Assembly: GCA_030654195.1 (NCBI GenBank)
Contig: JAURXV010000008.1
Coordinates: forward strand, 93 to 64,092
From: Syntrophales bacterium
GTDB taxonomy: Bacteria; Desulfobacterota; Syntrophia; Syntrophales; UBA5619
Reading direction: 5' to 3'
DNA: 64,000 bases
The position numbers were made by a program, and so were the translations under genes. Within the stretch, counting starts at the first letter, position 1; each line of letters starts with the position of its first letter. A model generated the notes under the pieces. The model made no database searches, was not told where the DNA came from, and saw nothing but the letters and a program-made list of their open reading frames with translations. Shown here piece by piece: positions 9,296-18,875 of the stretch.

Positions 9296-10412
9296 TGACC
9301 AGCACCCCTTCCATCAGATTGTTCTGTCCCACGGTCACCACGGTCTCCTTTGCCTTCAATCCTTCGGAGATCTCCATGAATTCACCGTACTTGCGTCCGA
9401 TCTTCACCGTCCTTTCCTTCGCCCGGTCCCCCTCGACGGCGAAGAGTTTGGTGGTGGAATTGTCGTAAAGAAGGGCGGTAATCGGCACAACGACGGTATC
9501 TTTTGCCGGCCCGGTGTAGAGCGTCACGCGGGTGAAAAACCCCGGTTTCAGGCTTCCGCCCTGATTCACGACCTGCGCCTCCACCGGAAGGGAGCGTGTT
9601 TTCTCCTCGAGGTTTGGATAGAGCGTCTTCACCTTCCCTCGAAATTCACGTCCGGGGAATGAATCTACCGTAAATACGATATCCTGCCCCTCCCGGAGTC
9701 TCCCCACATCCTTCTCGGGCACGCTGAAAGCGAGCTTCAGAAAATCGGTCCGGATGATCGAGACGAGGAACGTGCCGTTGCGGATATAGTCCCCCGCGGT
9801 GGCCTTTTTCTCCTTGATGCTGCCCGCCATGGGGGCGAAAATCTTCGTCTTGGTCAGCCGCTCCTTCGCCAGATCGAGTCCGGCCTTAGCCCGTTCCACA
9901 TCCCCAAGGGTCAGGGCAAGGCGCGCGACGATATCGTCAAACTGCTGCTTTGTGACCAACTCCTCCCGGTAGAGGGCCTCCTTGCGCTGATGCTCCAGCT
10001 TCGCATTGGCCAGGGCCGCCTCCGTCTGCTTCAGAGCGGCTGCCGCCTGCTCCACGGTGAGTCGGTAATCGGTCTCCTTGATTTCGGCAATGAGCTGGCC
10101 GCGGGTCACGGGAGAACCTTCATCGACGTAAATCGTTTTCAGAATGCCCTCCAGTTCGGAGCTGACGACCACCTCGTCGTAGGGCTTGAGGGTTCCAACC
10201 GACTCCACGAAAGGCCGGAGGGAGCGGCTCTCCGCCGTCCAGACGCGGACGTTGACCGCGCGCTCCTTCGCCGCCTTCTGTTCCTGTTTCTTGCATCCGA
10301 CATTGGCGGACACAGCGGCACACAAAAGGACCGCCATAATTACTGCGCCAGCTCTGACCCTGCACTGAGCTGACCTGCTTCCTCCGGTTAAAGACGACGT
10401 TCGTCCGAACAT
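9282..10412 (-). CDS. RND efflux periplasmic adaptor (MFP/HlyD family)
   Basis: 376 aa, lipoprotein-like N-terminus (AVSANVGCKK), a coiled-coil hairpin region and beta-barrel C-terminus. Overlaps the RND start by 14 nt. Confidence 0.9.
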   Translation of the reverse strand: MFGRTSSLTGGSRSAQCRVRAGAVIMAVLLCAAVSANVGCKKQEQKAAKERAVNVRVWTAESRSLRPFVESVGTLKPYDEVVVSSELEGILKTIYVDEGSPVTRGQLIAEIKETDYRLTVEQAAAALKQTEAALANAKLEHQRKEALYREELVTKQQFDDIVARLALTLGDVERAKAGLDLAKERLTKTKIFAPMAGSIKEKKATAGDYIRNGTFLVSIIRTDFLKLAFSVPEKDVGRLREGQDIVFTVDSFPGREFRGKVKTLYPNLEEKTRSLPVEAQVVNQGGSLKPGFFTRVTLYTGPAKDTVVVPITALLYDNSTTKLFAVEGDRAKERTVKIGRKYGEFMEISEGLKAKETVVTVGQNNLMEGVLVNVAR

Positions 10413-10443
10413 GTAACCATCTCCTTCCTGACAACAAAATATT

Positions 10444-11757
10444 CTATGGTTTGCCGGCCAAGGCCGCGAGCAGCATCCCCGTAGCTTTCTTCATCCGAAG
10501 AAGGGCGAGCTCGTAATTGTAGAGAGCCGACGACGCCTTCCTCTCCGCCGACACCAGGAGGGTGTTGGCGTCCAGCACATCCAGGCTGTTCGCCAGCCCG
10601 AAATCGAACTGCCTTGCCACGGCATGGTAGTTGTCTCGGGCGAAGGCAAGCTGATCGTTCAAGAACCGGAGTATCCCCTTCTGTGTGACGAGGTCCAGGT
10701 AGGCGGTCTGCACCTCGATCTCGATCCCTTTCTTCGTATCCTCATAGAGGAGCGCGGCCTGACGTTCACGGGCCTTTGCCTCCGAGATCTCGGCCTTCCG
10801 GAGACCGCCATCAAAGAACGGAAAGTTCAGGGCTACTCCGCCGTAGATACTCTCCCGGTTCAGGCTCGATGTGGACGGATACTGATCGGCCCCGGCATAC
10901 CCTACGGAGGCGGATAGGGTTGGCCAGAAGGCGCCCTCGGTATATTTGATCTGATCAGCGGCGATCTGCTTCTGAACCTCCATGCTTTTAAGGTCCGCCC
11001 TCACCGCGAAGGCCAGTTCCCTATACACGTTCATAGCCGGAACATCGCCCCCCGCCGCCGCTTCCTCCCGGAGGGTAAAGGCATCCTTAATGCCGACGTT
11101 GCTCGCCAGGACGGCCATCGCCAGTTCCAGACCGTTCTGTGCCTGAAGCCGGTCCGACTTCGCCCCGGATAGCTCCCCCTCCGCACGGAGGAGGGCCGTC
11201 TTGGTCACCTCGCCGACCCTGAGCCGTTTTTCAGCCGCTTCGCGGTATTTCATGAGGCGTGCCAGATTGGAATCGGCGATTTCCAGACCCTTCCGGGCCA
11301 TAAGGACGTTGTAGTAGGCGGCAGCCACATACCGGAGGAGATAGTCTTCACGGATGGCCGTGAGGTCATACTGGCTCCTCGTCACGTTCTGCCGGGAGAT
11401 CCCGAGCGCCGTCAGTTCCCGGCCGCTCAGGGAGACGGTCTCGTCCACCCGCACCCCCCAGGCGGAGGCCGACTCCGGCTGCAGGACACTCCCCGTCGCG
11501 GTAAACTTCTTTTCTGAATACTGGGTGTAACCGCCCGTCGCCGTCAGCCGGGGCAGGAGGTAGGAAAAAGCCTTATCCTTGCCCGTCTCGGCGATGGCAA
11601 GGTTTTCCTCCGCCATCTTGAGCTTTTCAGAACGGGCCAGAGCGATCCGGCAGAGATCGTCCAGAGAGTACTCCTCCGCAAAAAGGGAGGCCGACATCGC
11701 CAAGCAGAGAGAAAACGCGAGAGCGCCGGCCGCCAGTAAAAAAAACACCTTTTTCAT
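10444..11757 (-). CDS. TolC-family outer membrane efflux protein (copy 2)
   Basis: Frame of ORF 10444..11778. Start at ATG 11757 (MKKVFFLLAAGALAF signal peptide, GAGGAG RBS). Two TolC-type repeats. Confidence 0.85.
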   Translation of the reverse strand: MKKVFFLLAAGALAFSLCLAMSASLFAEEYSLDDLCRIALARSEKLKMAEENLAIAETGKDKAFSYLLPRLTATGGYTQYSEKKFTATGSVLQPESASAWGVRVDETVSLSGRELTALGISRQNVTRSQYDLTAIREDYLLRYVAAAYYNVLMARKGLEIADSNLARLMKYREAAEKRLRVGEVTKTALLRAEGELSGAKSDRLQAQNGLELAMAVLASNVGIKDAFTLREEAAAGGDVPAMNVYRELAFAVRADLKSMEVQKQIAADQIKYTEGAFWPTLSASVGYAGADQYPSTSSLNRESIYGGVALNFPFFDGGLRKAEISEAKARERQAALLYEDTKKGIEIEVQTAYLDLVTQKGILRFLNDQLAFARDNYHAVARQFDFGLANSLDVLDANTLLVSAERKASSALYNYELALLRMKKATGMLLAALAGKP

Positions 11758-11899
11758 GATCACTCCTCGTCCCGCCAAACGGAATCATGCCGGCAAATTT
11801 CACAACGGCCGTTCACTTTGCCGGCCCATGCCGCTGTCACCCCGAGCTGATCGTCGGTCTTAGGCGTTCGTCAAACGGACCTTCTCCCGATCGATCCGC

Positions 11900-13255
11900 T
11901 CACTCCACCCCACCCGGCGCGGCAGCCCCCATCGCCCGTTCCAGCTTCGCCCGGCTGATGCTGTAATCTCCGAGGGCGTTGTCGTGATCCGCTCTTGCCT
12001 TGGTCAGAAGGGTCTGGGCGTCGATCACATCGGTCGAGGTCCCAACCTGCTCCCGGTATCGCTCGGTGTTGATCCGGAAATTCTCTTCGGCCTGTTCGGT
12101 CGTCTTTTTCGCCACATGGATCTGCTTTTCCGCCTCATGAAGGAGGAGCCAGGCGTTCTTGACCTCCAAGGCGATCTGCTCCCGGATGTTGGTCAGGATG
12201 TCCGCCGCCTGGTTTTCCCGGCTGAGACCGGCATCCACACGGTTTTTGGTTTTTCCCCACTCCCAGAAATTCCAGTTTGACACCGCCATGACGTACCAGC
12301 TCTCCTGATCCCGGTAGGGGCTTCCGGCGACACCCGGCGTGTCGCCGTACCTGGCGTAATTCCCGACCAGCCCGACGTTCGGGTAATACTCGCTTCGGGC
12401 CAGTTTGACGAGGCTCTTCGCCTGCTCCAGACGGAGCGCGTATGACCGGATCTCCGGACGGTTTTCCAGGGCCGCGGTGATGCAGCCGTCGAGCGGCTTC
12501 GCAAAGGGCCGTTCATTCAGGATGTCTTCGATCTCCATGGGGGCGTTGATCTCCCGCCGGAGGAGCGTGTTGAATTTCGATTTCGCCATTTCCAGGCTGT
12601 TTTCCGCCCGTACCAGAAACTGCCGACCGTTCGCCAGTTCGACCTCGGCGTAGAGAAGATCGTTCCTGGGAATGATGCCGACGTCATAAAACCCCTGGGC
12701 CGTATCCCGGTGGGCCGTCAACCGCTCGACGGACTGCCTGGCTACAGCATGGATACGACCCGCCTTCAGGATATTGAAATAGGCGATCTTCACTTCCTGG
12801 ACAAGGTCCTGAACCGTCGCGGTCTCTTCGAGGCGGACAATCTCGGTCCCGATGCGGCTCGCCTCGTAGTTCGCGAGAATGCCTCCGCCGGCGAAGAGGG
12901 GCTGTCTGGCCTCGACCGACCACGCGTAGTTCTCCTTCGTCCCCGTTTTGATGGTGCTCGCCGGGATCAGGGGCGGAGCACCGGGAAAATTAAAGGTCGG
13001 TTCCTCGTTGAGGCGGTTGTAACTGTAGGCTGTGCTGAATTTCGGGAGGAAGCCGGTGAATGCCTCCTTCCGCTGCGCCTCAGCCCCCCGGACCCCTTCC
13101 CGTGCCGCATGGATGAGGACGCTCCGCTTCAGCGCGAGATCAATGCTCTCGTAAAGCGACAGCGGCTTGACCGTCTCCGCCGCGTGGGCGGCCGTCACCG
13201 CTGCTGCGATCAGCGTGGCGATGACTCCGCAGAGAAACCATCGTTTAGTGCGCAT
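11900..13255 (-). CDS. TolC-family outer membrane efflux protein (copy 1)
   Basis: 451 aa with a signal peptide (AAAVTAAHAAE). TolC repeat pattern (LSLYESIDLALKRS..., tandem coiled segments). Confidence 0.85.
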   Translation of the reverse strand: MRTKRWFLCGVIATLIAAAVTAAHAAETVKPLSLYESIDLALKRSVLIHAAREGVRGAEAQRKEAFTGFLPKFSTAYSYNRLNEEPTFNFPGAPPLIPASTIKTGTKENYAWSVEARQPLFAGGGILANYEASRIGTEIVRLEETATVQDLVQEVKIAYFNILKAGRIHAVARQSVERLTAHRDTAQGFYDVGIIPRNDLLYAEVELANGRQFLVRAENSLEMAKSKFNTLLRREINAPMEIEDILNERPFAKPLDGCITAALENRPEIRSYALRLEQAKSLVKLARSEYYPNVGLVGNYARYGDTPGVAGSPYRDQESWYVMAVSNWNFWEWGKTKNRVDAGLSRENQAADILTNIREQIALEVKNAWLLLHEAEKQIHVAKKTTEQAEENFRINTERYREQVGTSTDVIDAQTLLTKARADHDNALGDYSISRAKLERAMGAAAPGGVE

Positions 13256-13877
13256 TTTTCCTGACCCCCTCCAGAAAAATATCGATCACAAACGGGACGT
13301 TGCCAATCAGAGACGCCCCTTTCATCATGGCCAGCCACTTGGAGGCGCAGGAATTGATTATGCCCGTCAGGGCGGCGGCCATCATCCGCGGGTCCATCTC
13401 TTTCAGGATGCCGGCGCGGATGCCCTCGCGGATCACCTCTTCCGTGAAGGAGACGTGGACGGCGTAATCGGCCACCATCCGTATCCGAAGCGCCGCGCTT
13501 CCCTCGGATAGAGAAAGATGATCCCCCCGGATGAAGATGCTGCAGAACTCCGCATTGTTTTCGACGAACCGGAATTGTGAAGCGACCAAACATTCGATCT
13601 TTCGGATGGTATCCTCCTCCATGGCCACCGACTCCCGGACGCCGGAGTACATCATGTTCAGCTTTTCAGTGAGCATCGCGGTGTAGAGCTGCTCTTTGCT
13701 CTCGAAGAACTGGTAGAGCGTACCGACGGCGAACCCCGAGGCGCCCGCAATCTCCGCTACGGTGGTGTTGTGAAATCCCTTGGCGGCAAAGATCTTTTCC
13801 GCTTGTTCGAGGATCTCCGCACGTCTCAGTTTGAATTCCCGTTCCTTGCGCTCCGCTTTATCCATCGTTGATCTCAT
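13245..13877 (-). CDS. TetR/AcrR-family transcriptional regulator
   Basis: 210 aa with an N-terminal HTH (RRAEILEQAEKIFAAKGFHNTTVAEIAGASGFAVGTLYQFF). First gene of the efflux operon, overlapping the tolC start by 11 nt. Confidence 0.9.
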   Translation of the reverse strand: MRSTMDKAERKEREFKLRRAEILEQAEKIFAAKGFHNTTVAEIAGASGFAVGTLYQFFESKEQLYTAMLTEKLNMMYSGVRESVAMEEDTIRKIECLVASQFRFVENNAEFCSIFIRGDHLSLSEGSAALRIRMVADYAVHVSFTEEVIREGIRAGILKEMDPRMMAAALTGIINSCASKWLAMMKGASLIGNVPFVIDIFLEGVRKNAH

Positions 13878-13991
13878 ATTCAGATAATATAGGGGCTATT
13901 CATTTTATGAATGGCGGTTCACCATGCTTTCAAAAACCGATTTTGTCAAGCGGAATTTGGCAACGAAATTGAGACATAAAACCCGCACCCC

Positions 13992-14320
13992 CTATAGCCC
14001 CGACAGCGCCTCGAGCACGGTGATGATGACGCAGGAGTCCTTCTCGCCGTTTCCCCGGGAGCAGGCCGCCCGCAGCATCTCAAGCGACAGGCTGGCGGTC
14101 GGAAGAACCACGCCGCATCAGTAACCATGGCGATCACGACCTCGGAGGCCGCCGCCACTTCGACCGGAGATCCGGCCCATGCCGCACCGGCTGCGACCAC
14201 TTCAGCCGCCTTTCCCCGGGTGCGGTTCCAGACGGTCACGGGGAAACCGGCCCTCAAGAGCGCCTGGCTCATCGGACGACCCATCAAACCCATACCGATA
14301 AATCCGATCCGCTGCATCAT
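13992..14320 (-). pseudogene. internally deleted 3-hydroxyisobutyrate/6-phosphogluconate dehydrogenase-like NAD(P)-binding oxidoreductase
   Basis: The N-terminal Rossmann part is intact (MQRIGFIGMGLMGRPMSQALLRAGFPVTVWNRT...VVIAMVTD). The frame then breaks, and a +1 frame gives a typical C-terminus (LPTASLSLEMLRAACSRGNGEKDSCVIITVLEALSGL*) ending at TAG 13992-13994. About 180 central codons are missing. Confidence 0.6.
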
Positions 14321-14589
14321 TCCGTTCCAATGCTCCTTTGTTGGTCGAGAGATGGCTTTTGCTGGTAAGAAATATACTGGCGGCTTTTGCGTGTCAAGGA
14401 AAGATCAATAGTCGCATCTTCCGGTTGATGCGAACTTACATGAAAAAGGATGAGATCAAAGCCCGATCGCAAGCAACCTAACTTTCACCCATCAATAACC
14501 TCTATTGTGTTGCGATCTTACCGATTATTTATTGGAAGTCGAGATTATGGATGAAAGGTTTGTGTAGTAGATTTGGTAATGAGCAAAAG

Positions 14590-14943
14590 TGATCAAAGAA
14601 AAAATGAAATGCACCGCTTGTTGGTGCCACCTACTACCGTTGGGTGGTGAGCTTTCATCAGAACCGAGGATTACGGATCGCAAGAGAGTCTCAACGAAGC
14701 TCATCCGTCGCTTTGTAGCGCATAGGAAAAGCGGTTCCCCGCCCTGCCGATCAAGTGCCCCTATACGGCCGAAACTGTTTCGAATGGGCCAACATCAAGC
14801 AGGATCTCAAGGCCCTGCAGGAGATCACGATTGAAGACAGAGGCAAGACGCTCGCCATAAGAAGTGAATGCCTCGGGACCTGCGGGAAGATTTTCCAGGC
14901 GGTCGGCGTCGCCATCCCGTCGACAATCCGGGAAGTGGCATGA
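14590..14943 (+). mobile_element. degenerate DDE (IS4/IS1634-like) transposase C-terminal remnant
   Basis: Broken frames: ATYYRWVVSFHQNRGLRIARES... then ...NCFEWANIKQDLKALQEITIEDRGKTLAIRSECLGTCGKIFQAVGVAIPSTIREVA*. This resembles the C-terminal tail of IS4-group transposases from memory. No intact ORF or terminal repeats seen. Confidence 0.35.
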
Positions 14944-15035
14944 CGCACTTCAAAGAGCAATCTGTGGTGCCAAGAACTTTCCCAAGGCACCCATCTATCT
15001 AAAATGGCAGGACTATTATTAGACTACTGTCAAAG

Positions 15036-15170
15036 ATCAGCTTTACCTTTGGCAGGGAGCATCTTGATGCTCTTGTGCTGGACGATGGCCTCCAGCTTTT
15101 TCAGTTCCAGAGGAGGGGCCACCCGGAACATGCCGTTGCCGTAAAAGCATCCATCGGTTACGAGAAGGAC
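15036..15170 (-). mobile_element. IS91-family (Y2-type) transposase internal fragment
   Basis: Minus-strand reading gives LLVTDGCFYGNGMFRVAPPLELKKLEAIVQHKSIKMLPAKGKADL*, resembling the conserved HxH-VTDG region of IS91-like transposases (memory). About 45 codons only. Confidence 0.35.
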
Positions 15171-15174
15171 CGGG

Positions 15175-16416
15175 CTACGGATGACCGGGATATCCGAGCG
15201 CACTCAGGGTTGCCCAGGCAGCGCTGTAGATGCCTTCCAGAATACAGGTAGCCAGGGTAGTCTGGCCGTTCGATCCATCAATCATCGGCATCAACACGAC
15301 GATGGAAACGTCTGTATCGGGATTATATCTAATTGTTGAAAGATAACCGCAGATTGCGCCATTGTGACCGTAGCCGAGATTTTTCACATGATCGCAGCCG
15401 AGAGCATAACTGCCGGTTGCGTATGGGCTGATATCCGATATCATCGTGGTTACTGTTGTCGAGTTGAGGACGTTTTTGCCGGTAAACAGGGTCCTTACGA
15501 ACCTGTTCAGATCAACAAAATTTCCATACCCGTTTCCCTCTCCCACATGCGCGCTCATATTCCATGAGGTGTAAACATCCGGAACAGAACTGCCCTCCGG
15601 ATACTCATTGCCTGACACATAAGGCGTGGGAAGAGTATTGTCAGCGGCAAGATGCGGAAACTTGATCACACTCAGAGGTACCGGCGATGATCCGCCGATC
15701 ACGTGGTCGTACAGATAATCGCTGTACGTTTTCGAGGTACCGGCCCTTGCGCTGTATACACGGGCAATGATTTCACTGAGAATGGTATAGCCGGTATTGC
15801 TGTACTTGGGGGTTTTTGTGCCCGGGGCAAAATAATAGAGATTATGAAGGGTAAGCTGCCCGACAAGCTCACCTGCGCTGAACTGATGCGAGGGATCAAG
15901 GGTCAACTGTTGTCCCACGTATGACATGCCGCCCCAATCCGTCCTGGATTCGTTATCTACATCATAAACACCGGCAGCGTGCTGCAAAAGCTGCTCTATC
16001 GTGATTGAATTCTTGTAAGGGATATTCCATGCTGGAGTATCAGGAACATAGGGAATTAAGACGCCCGGAATGGTGGCGGTAATGAGCGAACTGATATCAA
16101 GCCATCCATCCTGATGCATCTTCAATATTGCCGTGGCTGTAAAGGTTTTCGTATTGCTGGCAAACCGGAAGTGTATGCCTTCCGTCAGTCGTTCTGCTGC
16201 GGAATCGGCCGAACTGACGAACCAGGCGCCGTTAGGCGTCTGGACATACACGCTGATACTGGGTACTGGTTTGCCGAGTGTTGCGGATAACTGGGAGCGA
16301 ACATTGTCGACAGCGGCCTGGATAGCCGTTCTTCCGCTGTCATTACTACCGCTGGTGCTGCAGGCGGAAATGAATGAAACGAAGAGAACAAGCAGCGTCT
16401 TCAAGAAACTGTTCAT
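15175..16416 (-). CDS. serine hydrolase, beta-lactamase class C / PBP4*-like family, lipoprotein
   Basis: 413 aa. Lipobox LFVSFISAC and an SxxK motif in FRFASNTKTFTATAILKM. Visibly lower G+C than the neighbouring operons. Confidence 0.8.
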   Translation of the reverse strand: MNSFLKTLLVLFVSFISACSTSGSNDSGRTAIQAAVDNVRSQLSATLGKPVPSISVYVQTPNGAWFVSSADSAAERLTEGIHFRFASNTKTFTATAILKMHQDGWLDISSLITATIPGVLIPYVPDTPAWNIPYKNSITIEQLLQHAAGVYDVDNESRTDWGGMSYVGQQLTLDPSHQFSAGELVGQLTLHNLYYFAPGTKTPKYSNTGYTILSEIIARVYSARAGTSKTYSDYLYDHVIGGSSPVPLSVIKFPHLAADNTLPTPYVSGNEYPEGSSVPDVYTSWNMSAHVGEGNGYGNFVDLNRFVRTLFTGKNVLNSTTVTTMISDISPYATGSYALGCDHVKNLGYGHNGAICGYLSTIRYNPDTDVSIVVLMPMIDGSNGQTTLATCILEGIYSAAWATLSALGYPGHP

Positions 16417-16836
16417 AAAATACCTCCAGAGAGATTACTAATACAAACGAAATAAATATTGTTACACTCCTACGGAATCACCCTCTACCTACCCTCTTTG
16501 ATAAGACATTTCGAAGTGAAAGGATGTATGTCTTTCAAAATTATTGGATGCTTGATAGCAGGAAGTTGTCAGCAAATCTCGGAAGCTGGCAACTCCCAGA
16601 GGGCCTGCAGTCCCTGCAGGCTTGCTTCGGCTCATGTGTAACGGTGCATCCGCTGGCGGGCTTTTATAAACGTTCAAAGATGGCTATTGCCTCACTTTCG
16701 TTTTCCGTTCCCCAGTGAATGTCTTGTACCCCTTCATATTCGGTGGTCTCATATGGAAAGGCCTCCGCCAAGAAGATCGCTTTATCTTTGTATTTTTCTG
16801 TTTCTGGTTTCAGGTAATTCTACTCCGTCACATAAT

Positions 16837-16922
16837 CCCATCCCCCTCCTACCTCCCCCTTTGAAGGGGGAGAAACCGGCATTTCCCCTCCCCTTCAGCG
16901 GGAGGGCCAGGGTGGGATGGGG
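16837..16922. repeat. composite G/C-rich palindromic repeat (PLKGE-GRARVGWG type)
   Basis: Outer inverted arms CCCATCCCCCTCC ... GGAGGGCCAGGGTGGGATGGGG. Inner hairpin CTCCCCCT-TTGA-AGGGGGAG and a second one, CCCTCCCC-TTCAGC-GGGAGGG. Confidence 0.6.
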
Positions 16923-17128
16923 TAAGAAAGTTATCTGTCGGAGTCGTAGTAATACCAGAACACAATATCGTATGTTGGGATCGAAAACATTGTCATGACT
17001 CCTTCGAGGTAAAATCTACATCAATCGCATTGACATGTCTATTGTTTCTTTCAGGAAGTTGTGCGTAATCTGAATGAACGGAAAATAAGCCATCAATCCT
17101 TTGCACCTTCAATCCGAAATCAATGAAC

Positions 17129-17314
17129 TCACCCGAAGAGTGTCACCGAAGCCTTGATAACGCTCTCGACAATCTCGCGGATACCCTTCAGCGCCGATTC
17201 CGGTGTTTGATCCAGCCAGCTCAAACTGGGGAATTCGGCACATAAGCCTACATATTCCTGATCATCTTCAGACCAGGTTACGCGGTACGTACAACGATCA
17301 TTTTTCAGTGGCAT
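17129..17314 (-). CDS. HicB-like antitoxin-family small protein
   Basis: Frame of ORF 17129..17335. ATG 17314 has a GGAGG RBS 7 nt upstream. MPLKNDRCTYRVTWSEDDQEYVGLCAEFPSLSWLDQTPESALKGIREIV matches the short HicB-like antitoxin pattern. Confidence 0.6.
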   Translation of the reverse strand: MPLKNDRCTYRVTWSEDDQEYVGLCAEFPSLSWLDQTPESALKGIREIVESVIKASVTLFG

Positions 17315-17524
17315 GTTTAACCTCCAACTTTTCAATAGCCAGCAGTACCTGTTTTACCTGATACGCCTTGGCCTTAGCCTTTCCCTTATTGATATTTATG
17401 TCAAGCAGGTTTTGTTTCGCATCATTTTTTGCTTGACAGCGGCCTCTTATTCGGTGTAGCGAAGCAAAACTTTTGGGTGCTGGTCGCCTTTTTGCGTTGA
17501 ACTTTTTTCTCGAGGTTGTGAAGC

Positions 17525-17878
17525 ATGATTGAATACATCCCCATCCTCGTCTTACTCTGTTTTGCCATTCTGATTGCCGTTCTCATCGTCGGCGCTTCGC
17601 ACCTTCTGGGTCACAGAATTTCCGGAAAAGCCAAACTTTCCACCTACGAGTGCGGGATGCAGACCATCGGTCCCACCCGGATGAAGATGAATATCCGCTA
17701 TTACATCATCGCCATGCTTTTTCTGATCTTCGATATCGAAATCATGTTTCTCTACCCGTGGGCGCTGGTGACGGGGGGGCTCCAGATGTTCGGTTTCGTG
17801 GAGATGCTGATTTTCGTCGCCGTCCTGTTTGTCGGTTATCTCTATGTGTGGAAGAAAGGGGCCCTGGAATGGGAGTAG
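17525..17878 (+). CDS. nuoA: NADH-quinone oxidoreductase subunit A
   Basis: 117 aa with 3 TM segments and YECG...FDIE..FLYPWA motifs. First gene of the nuo operon. Confidence 0.9.
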   Translation: MIEYIPILVLLCFAILIAVLIVGASHLLGHRISGKAKLSTYECGMQTIGPTRMKMNIRYYIIAMLFLIFDIEIMFLYPWALVTGGLQMFGFVEMLIFVAVLFVGYLYVWKKGALEWE

Positions 17879-18363
17879 AAGCCGCGGCAGCCGCCTCTTT
17901 GCAGGAAGTGATCAACTGGGCAAGAAAAAATTCCGTATGGCCCGTAACCTTCGGCCTTGCCTGCTGCGCCCTGGAGATGATGGTGGCCAGTTCGTCAACC
18001 TATGACATTGCCCGCTTCGGCTCGGAGGTGTTCCGGCCCTCTCCCCGCCAGACGGACCTGATGATCGTCGCCGGAACAGTGACCAAGAAAATGGCGCCCA
18101 TGCTGAAGCGCATCTACGAGCAAATGCCCGAACCGAAATGGGTCATCGCCTATGGGGCCTGCGCATGCAGCGGCGGGATTTTCCAGACCTACAATGTCGT
18201 CCAGGGCGTCGACCAGATCATCCCCGTGGATGTCTACGTGCCCGGTTGTCCTCCCCGGCCCGAAGGTCTTCTGAAAGGGATCATCACCCTTCAGGAGAAG
18301 ATCGCCGCAGAGCCGGCGGGACAAAGAAACCTTGTCAGTTTGCCGTGGGGGAACAATGGCTAA
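17869..18363 (+). CDS. nuoB: NADH-quinone oxidoreductase subunit B
   Basis: Frame of ORF 17650..18363. Start at ATG 17869, overlapping the nuoA stop. [18 protein letters not shown] and VPGCPPRPE (cluster N2 ligands). Confidence 0.9.
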   Translation: MGVEAAAAASLQEVINWARKNSVWPVTFGLACCALEMMVASSSTYDIARFGSEVFRPSPRQTDLMIVAGTVTKKMAPMLKRIYEQMPEPKWVIAYGACACSGGIFQTYNVVQGVDQIIPVDVYVPGCPPRPEGLLKGIITLQEKIAAEPAGQRNLVSLPWGNNG

Positions 18364-18853
18364 GTGCATGGCCGGTGATCTGCTGAAGGAAACCTTCCCG
18401 GAGGCGGTGCGGGACATCGAAGAATTCCGACGGGAAACAAGCATCACCATCGATGCGGGCAAGATCAGGGAGGTCATGACTTTCCTGAAGGAAAATGAAA
18501 AGCTTTGTTACGATCTGCTCCTGGACCTTGCCGGCGTGGACTTCGATGACCGCTCTCCCCGCTTCATGATCGCTTATCTGTTGCACAGCACGAAATTCAA
18601 CAACAAACTCCGGATCAAAACGACGGTTGCGGAAGGCGCTTCTCTGGATACGGTCAGTGATATCTGGATAGCGGCGGACTGGATGGAGCGGGAAGTGTAT
18701 GACCTGTTCGGGATAATATTCAATAATCATCCGTATTTAAGACGTATTCTTCTGCCCGAGGATTTTGTCGGCCACCCCTTGAGAAAGGATTTCCCTGTCA
18801 AAGGACCGGATTTCGGTCAACCGCTTCAGGTTTGCTTAGAGGAAGAACGATAA
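18356..18853 (+). CDS. nuoC: NADH-quinone oxidoreductase subunit C
   Basis: Frame of ORF 18332..18853. ATG 18356 overlaps the nuoB stop. [20 protein letters not shown] and LRKDFP motifs. Confidence 0.9.
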   Translation: MAKCMAGDLLKETFPEAVRDIEEFRRETSITIDAGKIREVMTFLKENEKLCYDLLLDLAGVDFDDRSPRFMIAYLLHSTKFNNKLRIKTTVAEGASLDTVSDIWIAADWMEREVYDLFGIIFNNHPYLRRILLPEDFVGHPLRKDFPVKGPDFGQPLQVCLEEER

Positions 18854-18875
18854 CGTTTTTGAGGGCTTCGAATCA

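Noticed and set aside
17298-17420. Upstream frame overlapping the HicB-like start as a HicA toxin
   Set aside because: It has no ATG or GTG start with an RBS and no HicA-like double-stranded-RNA-binding-fold sequence. The frame continues across the divergent nuoA start, so its openness is probably accidental.
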